A stretch of DNA of 32,000 bases from an uncultured Gammaproteobacteria bacterium (lineage in GTDB: Bacteria > Pseudomonadota > Gammaproteobacteria > Chromatiales > Chromatiaceae). A program made the translations under genes and the position numbers. Below the pieces are notes generated by a model. It worked only from the letters and a program-made list of their open reading frames with translations. It ran no database searches and had not been told where the DNA came from. The stretch lies in NCBI GenBank assembly GCA_963775335.1, contig CAVZIJ010000003.1, positions 1,538,463 to 1,570,462 of the forward strand, in the 5' to 3' direction. Positions 22,589 through 30,965 of the stretch are shown here, one piece after another (positions within the stretch are counted from its first letter, which is position 1; each line of letters starts with the position of its first letter).

Positions 22589-23322
22589 AAAACCCGAGTC
22601 GCAACCATTCCGACACCGCTCCGAATACACATTCCTTGCAAAGTGGAAGCATCTTGCTAGCAGTCGGCACTCATTCACCATTGAATTGCTTGAACCCTTT
22701 TGCTAGGGCAATCCTGGAAAACCAAATAGTAAGGCACGTCGAGCGGCATGGTGACGGTCGAAAAACCCACACCCGTCAATTGACGGCGTGCCATGAAGCG
22801 GGGCACTTAATCGCCTATCGGCTCTGCGGCTATAAGGTCAAGGAAGCGCGCATCTGGAAAGACCCGGAGCTTGGGCTTTGGTTTGGCCATTCTTTGACTT
22901 CGGGGCCTGCAATAGGCCAGGTAGACCCTTCAAAAAACCCCCAGCTAACAATTGCCCTCGCCTTTCAATGGATGGCTGGCGCCGCTGGAGAAAGAGTCTT
23001 CGGCAATGTCTCTGACCCCGGCTCGTCTGCGGACGAATTATGTACAGCGCAATTCGCTTTGCTGGGCGTTTCCCATGCGCTCGGCGTATCGCATCAAGTG
23101 CTTGTCGACTCGGTGGAGTTGTATCTGTTTCATTGTTTGGAAACCTGCCAAAACGTTGGCTCGCAATTGGCAAAGGCGCTGGAATTGAAACGGACACTCA
23201 AGCGCGACGAGTTGCGCCGGCTTCTCAAGCCCATACCGCCCCAGAATTGCGATGTCATCGGTAGCAACATCATGGAGCTGTCACGCAAAGCCCAGTCCCA
23301 ACTGGCCAAGGCGCTGGCGTAA
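22585..23322 (+). CDS. standalone Zn-metallopeptidase, FtsH/M41-like protease domain only (HEAGH)
   Basis: LTACHEAGHLIAYRL (HExxH) followed by ALAFQWMAGAAGERVFGNVSDPGSSADELCTAQ parallels FtsH (AYHEAGHA..; LLGGRAAEE..FG..TTGASNDL..AT). No AAA+ module or TM segment is present. ATGA overlap with alpA at 22585-88. Confidence 0.6.
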   Translation: MKNPSRNHSDTAPNTHSLQSGSILLAVGTHSPLNCLNPFARAILENQIVRHVERHGDGRKTHTRQLTACHEAGHLIAYRLCGYKVKEARIWKDPELGLWFGHSLTSGPAIGQVDPSKNPQLTIALAFQWMAGAAGERVFGNVSDPGSSADELCTAQFALLGVSHALGVSHQVLVDSVELYLFHCLETCQNVGSQLAKALELKRTLKRDELRRLLKPIPPQNCDVIGSNIMELSRKAQSQLAKALA

Positions 23323-23324
23323 CC

Positions 23325-23621
23325 TTGGCATCTCCAAGTATGGCAATCCCGAACCCCTTATGGCTCGCCGATGCAGAGCTAGCCCTCACGGAGCATATTG
23401 GCCACTTTTTCCGGGACGATGTCCTCGCCTATGGCCGCGCACGGGAAGAATGGAGCCAATCACTCACGGGCATTAGTGGCGCAAACGATGCCTTATTGCC
23501 CCGCCGCGTGCGCCTCGGCCCGAACAGCGTGGGCTGGCACGAGGAGGACCGGCGCGCTTGGATCGCAGGCCGCCCGCCCGTCAGCGGGCAGGACCCGGCC
23601 GGCGCGGTCGGCAACCTCTGA
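23325..23621 (+). CDS. hypothetical 98-aa protein with an AlpA/excisionase-like C-terminal motif
   Basis: LPRRVRLGPNSVGWHEEDRRAWIAGRP resembles the P-x-P-V-K-L-G-x-R-S-V-x-W..E-V..W-I tail of AlpA/Xis-type HTH proteins. Its stop overlaps the primase start (TGATG at 23619-23). Confidence 0.4.
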   Translation: MASPSMAIPNPLWLADAELALTEHIGHFFRDDVLAYGRAREEWSQSLTGISGANDALLPRRVRLGPNSVGWHEEDRRAWIAGRPPVSGQDPAGAVGNL

Positions 23622-25201
23622 TGGCGGCTCCGTTAGACGATTTCCCCCGCGCGACGCCGGCCTGGGAGGTGATCGAAGGGCAACAACTTCCGCAATCGGA
23701 CCTCGCCCAGGTCGGCGAAGGCGACACCCGGAGCGGCACCACCTTAGCCTCACCCGACACGCGCCGACCACCGACGAAAAAACCGAAAACCTCCGAGGCA
23801 TCGGCCATCACGTCTCTTCCCTTCACTGACGTAGGCAACGCCCAGCGCCTCGTCGCGCGCTTCGGCCGAAACCTCCGCTACTGCCCCATCCTGGGCAAGT
23901 GGCTGGTCTGGTATGGTGTGCGTTGGCAGTTCGACGACGGAACCGAGATCGCGCGGGCGGCCAAAGCCACTGCCCGAGGTTTACTAAACGCAGCGGCGCT
24001 AGAGCACGACGACAGCAAGCGCCAGACACTCGCTGCGCACGCGCGAAAGTCGGAGTCAAGACGGGCGGTCGAGGCCATGATCCGGCTCGCCGAGTCGGAG
24101 CCCGGTATCCCGATCGACATCAGCGACCTCGACCGGGACCGTATGCTTCTAGGGTTACCGAACGGCACCCTCGACCTTCGCGAAGGCAGCTTCAGGCCCT
24201 CTCGCCGCGACGATCTCCTGACGAAGCTGAGCACCGCGACCTACGACCCGGGGGCAAAGTGCCCCCAGTGGCTCCGTTTCCTCGACGAGATATTCGCAAG
24301 CGACCAAGAGCTGATCGCATACGTCCAGAAGGTCGTCGGCTACTGTCTGACCGGCGATACCCGGGAGCAGTGTCTGTTCGTCCTCTATGGGCGGGGCGCA
24401 AACGGGAAGTCCGTTTTCATTGCCGCCGTCCACGCCCTCCTGGGCGACTATGCCACGACGACCTCCCCGAGCACCCTGCTCGACGCGGGCCGGTCGTCCG
24501 GCGGCGGAGCCACCCCCGAGCTCGCGCACCTCAAAGGCGCCCGCGTCGTGACCTCATCGGAGTCAGACGAGGGAATGATCTTCCGCGAGGGGCGCGCCAA
24601 GCAGCTCACCGGCCAAGATCGCATCTCCTGCCGCCACCTGTACAAAGAGCCGTTCGAGTTCGAGCCGCAGTTCAAGATATTCCTGGCCACCAACCATCGC
24701 CCTGAGATCCGGGGCGACGACCACGGTATCTGGCGGCGCATCCGCCTCATCCCCTTCGAGATCACCATCCCCGCGGAGCGCCAGGATAAGCAGCTCGCCC
24801 GTAGGCTGATCGAGCAGGAGTTACCGGGGATTCTGAACTGGGCCCTGGAAGGACTTCGAGCTTGGCAGCGGGAGGGCCTGGAGCCGCCTGCCAAGGTCCA
24901 ACAAGCGACCGCCGAATATCAATCCGACATGGACATCGTGGAGCAGTGGATCGACGAGTGTTGCGACATTGGACCGGAGTTCGGCCCGACCCCTAACTCG
25001 GTCCTTTTTCCCTCCTACAACGCCTTCTGCAAGCAGGCCGGCATGACCCCCGCAGGCCGACGAGCCCTCGGGAGACGGCTCACCGCGAAGGGGTTCGCGC
25101 AGAAGAGGGACGGAAAGGCACGAGGGTATGCCGGCATCGCCGTGCGGCCCGCGCCCGGGGGCAGGTGTGACGTTAATGACGTTTCCGGGTCGGTTTCGTA
25201 A
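23621..25201 (+). CDS. phage/plasmid primase-helicase, P4 / D5 family C-terminal NTPase type (526 aa)
   Basis: LPFTDVGNAQRLVARFGRNLRYCPILGKWLVWYGVRWQ (D5_N-like), Walker A LYGRGANGKSVF, VVTSSESDEG, and the FKIFLATNHRPEIRGDDHGIWRRIRLIPF block typical of COG3378 / TIGR01613 proteins. The track ORF starts 21 codons earlier. Confidence 0.85.
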   Translation: MAAPLDDFPRATPAWEVIEGQQLPQSDLAQVGEGDTRSGTTLASPDTRRPPTKKPKTSEASAITSLPFTDVGNAQRLVARFGRNLRYCPILGKWLVWYGVRWQFDDGTEIARAAKATARGLLNAAALEHDDSKRQTLAAHARKSESRRAVEAMIRLAESEPGIPIDISDLDRDRMLLGLPNGTLDLREGSFRPSRRDDLLTKLSTATYDPGAKCPQWLRFLDEIFASDQELIAYVQKVVGYCLTGDTREQCLFVLYGRGANGKSVFIAAVHALLGDYATTTSPSTLLDAGRSSGGGATPELAHLKGARVVTSSESDEGMIFREGRAKQLTGQDRISCRHLYKEPFEFEPQFKIFLATNHRPEIRGDDHGIWRRIRLIPFEITIPAERQDKQLARRLIEQELPGILNWALEGLRAWQREGLEPPAKVQQATAEYQSDMDIVEQWIDECCDIGPEFGPTPNSVLFPSYNAFCKQAGMTPAGRRALGRRLTAKGFAQKRDGKARGYAGIAVRPAPGGRCDVNDVSGSVS

Positions 25202-25388
25202 AAGTCCCCTAGCGCTATTTCTAGGAACTTTTCCGCGGACGGCGCAGAAACGTCACAAACGTCATCGGCCGGGACGCCCGCCGCCCCCGGGCCGGACGAC
25301 ACACCCACCGTAACGCCGGACCCGGCCACCACGCCGCCGCACGCGCCCCAGACGGGCCGATCACCCGCCGACCCGGACGGACCCCCAC

Positions 25389-25679
25389 ATGACGGGCCCC
25401 AAACGCCGCCCACGCCGCCCACGCCGCCACGGACCGAATTGGATACCCGCGTTGGTCCGCCCCCGGCACCCCGACCCCCGCGACGCCTTGGAGGCCGCGG
25501 TCGGCGCCCCGGCCGCCTTCGACCTGATCCCCAAGCGGATCGTCGTCAATCACGGCAGCGACAGCCTGACGCCCGACGAAAAGCCAAGTGATCGAGCCCC
25601 CTGGCATGTGTCCGCCTTCGGCTACACTGCCACTGCCCGCGTCTTCCTGCGCACCAGCCGCCCCTCCCACGGGGCCTAG
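25389..25679 (+). CDS. hypothetical 96-aa ORF
   Basis: High third-position GC. The second half is protein-like (..FDLIPKRIVVNHGSDSLTPDEKPSDRAPWHVSAFGYTATARVFL..). The N-terminus is Arg/Pro-rich and may be spurious. Confidence 0.3.
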   Translation: MTGPKRRPRRPRRHGPNWIPALVRPRHPDPRDALEAAVGAPAAFDLIPKRIVVNHGSDSLTPDEKPSDRAPWHVSAFGYTATARVFLRTSRPSHGA

Positions 25680-25986
25680 CCTTGACCCGGGGGCTCTGAC
25701 TCGGTGGTTCCTGAGCCGCAAGCCCCGGTTCCGCCAAGGGGCTCGCTGCGCTCGCCCCCAAGGCCGGCTCCGGCCCTTTTGCACAGGCTACCACTCTCGT
25801 CTTCCCCGCGTACAAGGCACCGCTGCGCTTAGGCCCCTCCCGGCAACGGCCACGCGCCCGCGCCGCAGCCCCAGACAGCCCCACCGCGGCTCGATCGGCC
25901 ATCGACCGGAACCCCACGCCATGACCGACACAAAAACACGCCAACGCGTTCCACGATTCAACGCCCGCGACGCGGCGCTTGTCTTA

Positions 25987-26059
25987 CCGGACAGCAGACA
26001 TACCACCTTCTCTAATATAAGCCGCTCCTAAAAGACCGCTATCGACCCGGAGCGGACAT
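25987..26059 (-). repeat. copy B of the ~72-bp imperfect inverted repeat (partner at 4145-4216)
   Basis: See copy A. It coincides with the switch from very GC-rich DNA (left) to visibly lower-GC DNA (right). Confidence 0.8.
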
Positions 26060-26106
26060 CGTACAAAGGTAACGCTGCCCATGAGCCGCCGATGAACGCC
26101 GTGCGT

Positions 26107-26541
26107 TCAGTCGGTCGGCTCGATGGGTTTGTTAGATGCCCTGCCGGACCCTTGTATAGCAGCCGAGCGAAGTCTGAACCCCACGGTTGCCGCAACAAGC
26201 CGCTCTCGGAGTTGATCTACAGAGTCCCCTTTCGGCATCGGAACGTCCATGAGTTTGCCTAGCTGAACGAGCGCATCTCTATTAGGAAGTGCGTCTTCCA
26301 ATAGCCGTGTTGCCTCGTCCCGGGTTTCGGTCGAGTTGAGGCGCTCCGCGAGCGCGGCCATCTGCTCGGGCGTTACCTCTTTCGTGGCTCGACCTTTAGT
26401 CCGCTTCTTGCCTGAGCCCACGATTTCCAGTTTTGCTTTTCCAGCACGAAGATTCGCAAAATCTTCGTCCGATAGAGATTGGACCTGCTTCGCCAGTTCC
26501 CTCAGCAGCGCTACGAACTTATCTCGGGAGTTTTCGTTCAT
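26107..26541 (-). CDS. hypothetical 144-aa protein downstream of the ParA-like ATPase (possible partner/adaptor)
   Basis: Starts 21 nt after the ParA-like stop. It has a helical N-terminus, a basic patch GKKRTKGRATKE, and no motif I can name. Confidence 0.55.
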   Translation of the reverse strand: MNENSRDKFVALLRELAKQVQSLSDEDFANLRAGKAKLEIVGSGKKRTKGRATKEVTPEQMAALAERLNSTETRDEATRLLEDALPNRDALVQLGKLMDVPMPKGDSVDQLRERLVAATVGFRLRSAAIQGSGRASNKPIEPTD

Positions 26542-26562
26542 ATTTTGGTTACTCAGCTTGCG

Positions 26563-27480
26563 TCACGGAAGTCGCGACTGAAACTCTGTCACGAACTCTT
26601 CAAGCTCGCTAACTACGTTTGTATACGTCTCGCCGGAATACTGTTGAAGCACGACGGGAACGCCATACTCGGGTGCGTCGCCAAACTGCGTCTTGTTCTC
26701 ACGAATCCAAGCATCGAACACTGGGACTCCGAGTTTCTTTGTTTGGGCGATGTATGGCCTCTGGGTTGAGATCGGCCGGCCACGGTTAATCTGGATCATC
26801 GTGAACACCACACCCATGATGTTGGGTGCTATTGTTGAACCCTCACCGTCGTCACCAAGCATCGCGTATTCGTTAACATCGGCAATCAGCTCATTAAGAT
26901 TTCTCGTCAGATAGTCAATTCCAAGGGTCGAAAGGTAATCAGGTTTTGCCGGAATCAAGATGTGGTCACTTGCGACGATCGCGGTCTTTGTTACGATGTT
27001 GAAGTTCGGAGGGCAGTCGATTAGGACGACGTCGAAGCTATCCACGAGGTCTTGAAGCCCATCTAAGAGTCGTCGATGGACCTTTAGAAAATTCGCTTTG
27101 GACTGCTTCAGCGAAGCGCCGCCCAGCTCGGTGGCCAACTCCAGGTCGACGTTAATCAGTCCTAGGTGCGAAGGAATCAGATGAAGCTCTCCATTCCCCC
27201 GGAGGTGGGACTTAACTCGTGCTGGCTGAAAGATCAACGAGTCGAGGGTAAGTGGGGCGCCGGAGCCAAACGAGTCAAACCAGGCCTTGATGGTCCCGCT
27301 AGCTGCCAGTTCGTTCTCCCACTGTTCAGGCTGGACGAAGGAGAAAGTCAGGCTCGCCTGGGCGTCGAGATCGAGTAAGAGAACACGCTTCCCGCGCCAT
27401 GCGAGCTCTGCTGCCAAGTTGGCCGTTGTTGTTGTTTTTCCAACACCACCTTTGTAATTGATTACGGAGACAACAGGCAT
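26563..27480 (-). CDS. ParA/Soj/MinD-superfamily ATPase (305 aa)
   Basis: ATG at 27480 with AGGAGAG 7 nt upstream. MPVVSVINYKGGVGKTTTTANLAAELAWRGKRVLLLDLDAQASLT contains the deviant Walker A KGGxGKT. VVLIDCPPNF is the Walker B region. The track ORF starts 10 codons earlier. Confidence 0.85.
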   Translation of the reverse strand: MPVVSVINYKGGVGKTTTTANLAAELAWRGKRVLLLDLDAQASLTFSFVQPEQWENELAASGTIKAWFDSFGSGAPLTLDSLIFQPARVKSHLRGNGELHLIPSHLGLINVDLELATELGGASLKQSKANFLKVHRRLLDGLQDLVDSFDVVLIDCPPNFNIVTKTAIVASDHILIPAKPDYLSTLGIDYLTRNLNELIADVNEYAMLGDDGEGSTIAPNIMGVVFTMIQINRGRPISTQRPYIAQTKKLGVPVFDAWIRENKTQFGDAPEYGVPVVLQQYSGETYTNVVSELEEFVTEFQSRLP

Positions 27481-27517
27481 CTGAATCTCTCCTATTGTGT
27501 TAATCGGCATCTAACCG

Positions 27518-27578
27518 GTGATTATCAAGCTGCCTTTGATATTGGAATATCAAGCACGCGGTGATATTGGCATATCAA
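27518..27578. promoter_or_regulatory. three palindromic operator / centromere-like sites upstream of the ParA-like gene
   Basis: GTGAT-T-ATCAAG (27518-29), TTGATAT-TGGA-ATATCAA (27536-53) and GTGATAT-TGGC-ATATCAA (27561-78). All lie 40-100 nt upstream of the ParA-like start. Confidence 0.6.
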
Positions 27579-28000
27579 AGAAACGCTCCGGGTCGCTCCG
27601 CTATACCCGGCAGCCGCCGCATCCGGCGATAGCGGCGCTTAACCTGGCACCGCCGGACCGCCTCCGATCCGCCACTGGCACTCCGGTATACCGGTCTGCG
27701 ACGACTGCCCCCCGGCGCGCTCCGGGAGGCTCTGCGCGCAATCCAGCACTGGCGTTAGAATAGCCCGCGATGGAGACGTGGCCTATCGTGGCCGGGAGAC
27801 GGGTTCCTTGGCCTGCAACATAAGCGTCCGCCCTCCGTGTTGGTTATGTGATCTTGTAACAAGGGTGCCTCTTTCAGCATCCTTCGTCAACGAGTTCGGA
27901 CCGCCGCACGAATCACCGTCTCAGGGCTGGCTTCGCAATGGCACGAAGAGCGGCCACACGGTTCGAACCTTCATGCCCTACATGTTCCGAGTACGCCCTA

Positions 28001-28663
28001 TCAATAGCACGTCCAGTTGCCCGCTAACTCATAGCATCTGGTTCCGTCAGTTCCCGTTATGGTTCGTCCCGTGCGATTGTAGATTACGGGTTTCTTTCTT
28101 GTTTTTTTCTCCAACTTTTTGACGCGATCGTCGATCTCTTTGATCTTGCGTTCTGCCGAACGATCTATTGCTCCTTTAGGGTCAATCTGGTCCTCGTAGT
28201 CTCGCTGTAGCATGTCAAGCTCTTTCTCCAGCTGGCGCCGACGCGCTCTGTTCTTCATCAAAGAACCTAGAGTTTGGTTTGTGCCGAAATTTAAACCGCC
28301 GAGTTCTCTCACAATTAGGCTTTTCTTCTCCTCGTACTCTTCGCGAGCCATCTGCTTTTGCCTCGCCGCAAGCCGTTTTTCGAAAGCAGATGTTCCGTTC
28401 GTTTCGAAATCCGAGGGTGCGTTCTGCGGCTTAACCTCCACGGTCTCCCTCGACGGATTCGCATCACAGGCGGTGTCGGAGAAAACGACGGTACCATCTG
28501 CGTTGAGACACTTGTGAACCCCTGCACATAGGGGGGCTACATAAAGCCCAACGACGAGACCGAAAGCGAGCGTTCGATGGCCGAGCCCCTGGCCTTGATG
28601 GCGCGATGTCACTCTGTCCGCCGGAAGAAAGGTTGGTGTTCGAAGTGTAATGCGCGCTGGCAT
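28001..28663 (-). CDS. DUF4124-like secreted/periplasmic coiled-coil protein (start uncertain)
   Basis: A signal-peptide-like LAFGLVVGLYVAPLCAGV is followed by HKCLNADGTVVFSDTACD (DUF4124-type motif), then a Lys/Glu/Arg-rich coiled-coil region. The 104 upstream codons of the track ORF look non-coding. Confidence 0.55.
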   Translation of the reverse strand: MPARITLRTPTFLPADRVTSRHQGQGLGHRTLAFGLVVGLYVAPLCAGVHKCLNADGTVVFSDTACDANPSRETVEVKPQNAPSDFETNGTSAFEKRLAARQKQMAREEYEEKKSLIVRELGGLNFGTNQTLGSLMKNRARRRQLEKELDMLQRDYEDQIDPKGAIDRSAERKIKEIDDRVKKLEKKTRKKPVIYNRTGRTITGTDGTRCYELAGNWTCY

Positions 28664-29104
28664 ACGGGCCTGTTCCAAGATAACCGATGGGAGCGGCCCA
28701 GAAACTGTCTTCCTGCTGCGCGCGAAAAAGTCGAAGAATAGATATCTTTGAAAACATTTCCGTGCCATTTCGCGAGCGCTATCCACGTGCCGGTTTATTT
28801 GGGCGCGCGGAAGGGTCTCGGAAGGGCGAGCCGCATAGGTACCGGAAGATCGATACCGTCCCATCTCTAACCTCCCTGGGTGATTACGGCACAGCGGAAC
28901 TGCCGTCAAAGTGTAGTCCAAACCGTTCGCGAGCGTACTGGTAGCGGGAGGAGGAACAGGGCGGCCGCCGGCCAAGGAGCCTAACTCTACGAACTAGGGC
29001 TCGCTGCTTGCAAGTAGCTCGGCGGTTAACTTCGATTCAACAGTCACCTGTATTGGCGCCGTTCTACGGACACCCGACAAACGGATCGCTTGGCCTTCGC
29101 CCAC

Positions 29105-29557
29105 CTAGAGCCGGATCTCTTCGGCGTTTTCGAGGATGGCGGCCAAGCCGCGCCGAGTTTCATCCTCCGGGGGCGACAACAAAACCTTCGCCGGGACCTT
29201 ACCCCCTTTGATAACTCTCAGGTAGACCTCCACTGGCGACAAGTCCAAGTCTTCGGTTGACAGATCCACTGCGGCGGCAATCAGCTCGATCCGTTCCGGG
29301 GCCTTGCCCCAACCGCGTTCAATGACGTACTGCGCGGCCGCGAGCCGCACCCGGTCATTCTCGGACTCATCCATCAATTGCAGAATCGTCCGGAGCGCTT
29401 CCCTCGTCTTCGTCCGACATGCCTCGATGAGTTCGGCTTCCTCCGGAGTCCGCCTAGGACGCCCGCCTGGGTTGCCGGACTTGCCCTTGTCGAACGGCCG
29501 GCCTCGCGGCATGTTCTTGGATATTTTGTTGATCTGAGGGGTTAGCGATTTGATCAT
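29105..29557 (-). CDS. DUF5681-like protein (phage/plasmid associated)
   Basis: MPRGRPFDKGKSGNPGGRPRRTPEE matches the GRPFxKGxSGNPGGRP motif I associate with DUF5681. Confidence 0.55.
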   Translation of the reverse strand: MIKSLTPQINKISKNMPRGRPFDKGKSGNPGGRPRRTPEEAELIEACRTKTREALRTILQLMDESENDRVRLAAAQYVIERGWGKAPERIELIAAAVDLSTEDLDLSPVEVYLRVIKGGKVPAKVLLSPPEDETRRGLAAILENAEEIRL

Positions 29558-30226
29558 GGGTCATCCGCCGATTCGCCCCGCACCATACCTCCATTTTACA
29601 CCCCCCCGGCCGATCCCGCCCGGGCGTGCCCGGCACGCCGCGTATGCGGCCCGCCACGGCGTTTCGAACACCCCGCCCACCAATGCGCCACCCGGGACGA
29701 AGCGCGCCCGACACGGCGCCATACGCGCCCGCCCGCGCCGGCCACACAACACGGCGATGACACCGCGCGACCACCCCCCCTTCAACATACCCGTTCAAAC
29801 CGCACCGTGCTTCCCCTGCGGCTGAGCCGCCTCTATCGTGGCGGGTCACCCATCACCGAGGCGTAAACCCCGATGAGCAAGACCGAATGCCGCTATGTCC
29901 GCCACAGCCTTGAGCAATCGCTCCCCCTATTCCAGGAGCAGACGCGGAGCGGGCTGAGCCAACTCGACACCCGGCATAGCCCCTCCACGCTCACCTCCTA
30001 CACGTAGAGCGCGATCGAGCTGCTCTCCCACGGCACCCGAAGGCTCTATTCGCCGGCACTCCTTTGACCAGGTCTGGCCAGTTTCCGGACGTAGCGGTCC
30101 GCATTGAACGGTTCCGCCCATGCTACACTGAAGCCGACCTCGAAGACCCCGCTTCGCTCCGTCTTTAGGTCAGCCTAGCAAGGGATTACGTGATAGGCCA
30201 AGTACAACTGGGCCAGGAGAAACGCG

Positions 30227-30844
30227 ATGGCATTATTCGGCCGGAACTCCATAACAGCGTCAGACGCCGCAAAAAAGTTTATAGAAGACGTTTTACCCGG
30301 ATGCGTTCAAGCGTGGCCGGAGATATGTGACGCGCTTTCGGTTACGGATCGACATTTTCAGAAGCTGAAGCAGGACAAAGGAGCAGCTTTTGAATTCTCA
30401 CTAGCTGTAATCTCTTTCGAGATGCGCGCACTACGGAACCTCCTAGCGTCCGATCAAGCCGAGCGGATAGAACGGCATATATTTTCATATCTTAGTAGCC
30501 CGCCAAACGATATTGTAATATCACCTCTTCTCGAAGATGGGACTCCTAAAATGACAATCGATAAGTTCGGATTCTTCGCAAAGGAAGAAAGAAGACCAGA
30601 AGATGACACCAAGGATTACCCTGAACAATCAATACTGCTTTACCAAAGAGTTTTCGGTGACGCCATAAAAGAAGGAGACATGTTCACGGCCGGCCCGGCT
30701 GCACTCCTTGGTATGCGGCTCGGCCTAAATACGGATCATCAGTCACAGCATTTCATGACTATTCGACTCTTAAGTGGGTATTTGGCCGCAGCAGGCGCAG
30801 GGTGGTGGAAGGATTGCTTGAAGCAATATAGAGTCGGCACTTAA
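30227..30844 (+). CDS. hypothetical 205-aa protein
   Basis: Clean ORF in low-GC DNA with GGAGAAAC upstream of the ATG. No recognisable motif. Confidence 0.5.
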   Translation: MALFGRNSITASDAAKKFIEDVLPGCVQAWPEICDALSVTDRHFQKLKQDKGAAFEFSLAVISFEMRALRNLLASDQAERIERHIFSYLSSPPNDIVISPLLEDGTPKMTIDKFGFFAKEERRPEDDTKDYPEQSILLYQRVFGDAIKEGDMFTAGPAALLGMRLGLNTDHQSQHFMTIRLLSGYLAAAGAGWWKDCLKQYRVGT

Positions 30845-30965
30845 GGTAATAAGCCCGACACAGAGAAATATAAAGGCTCAATATCGAATAATCTCTCGAT
30901 GTTCATTTAGAACAGGCGTATGCGAATCGGCAAAAAGTTTTGTGTTGTCCCGTATATTTCGACCC

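Noticed and set aside
27940-27975. GGTTCGAACC (T-loop-like) sequence hinting at a tRNA
   Set aside because: It is a simple 10-nt palindrome with no flanking acceptor, D-arm or anticodon-arm complementarity.
28664-28975. 104-codon N-terminal extension of the DUF4124-like ORF
   Set aside because: The extension is not protein-like and would bury the signal-peptide-like segment far from the N-terminus. The internal ATG at 28663 is preferred, though the true start is still uncertain.
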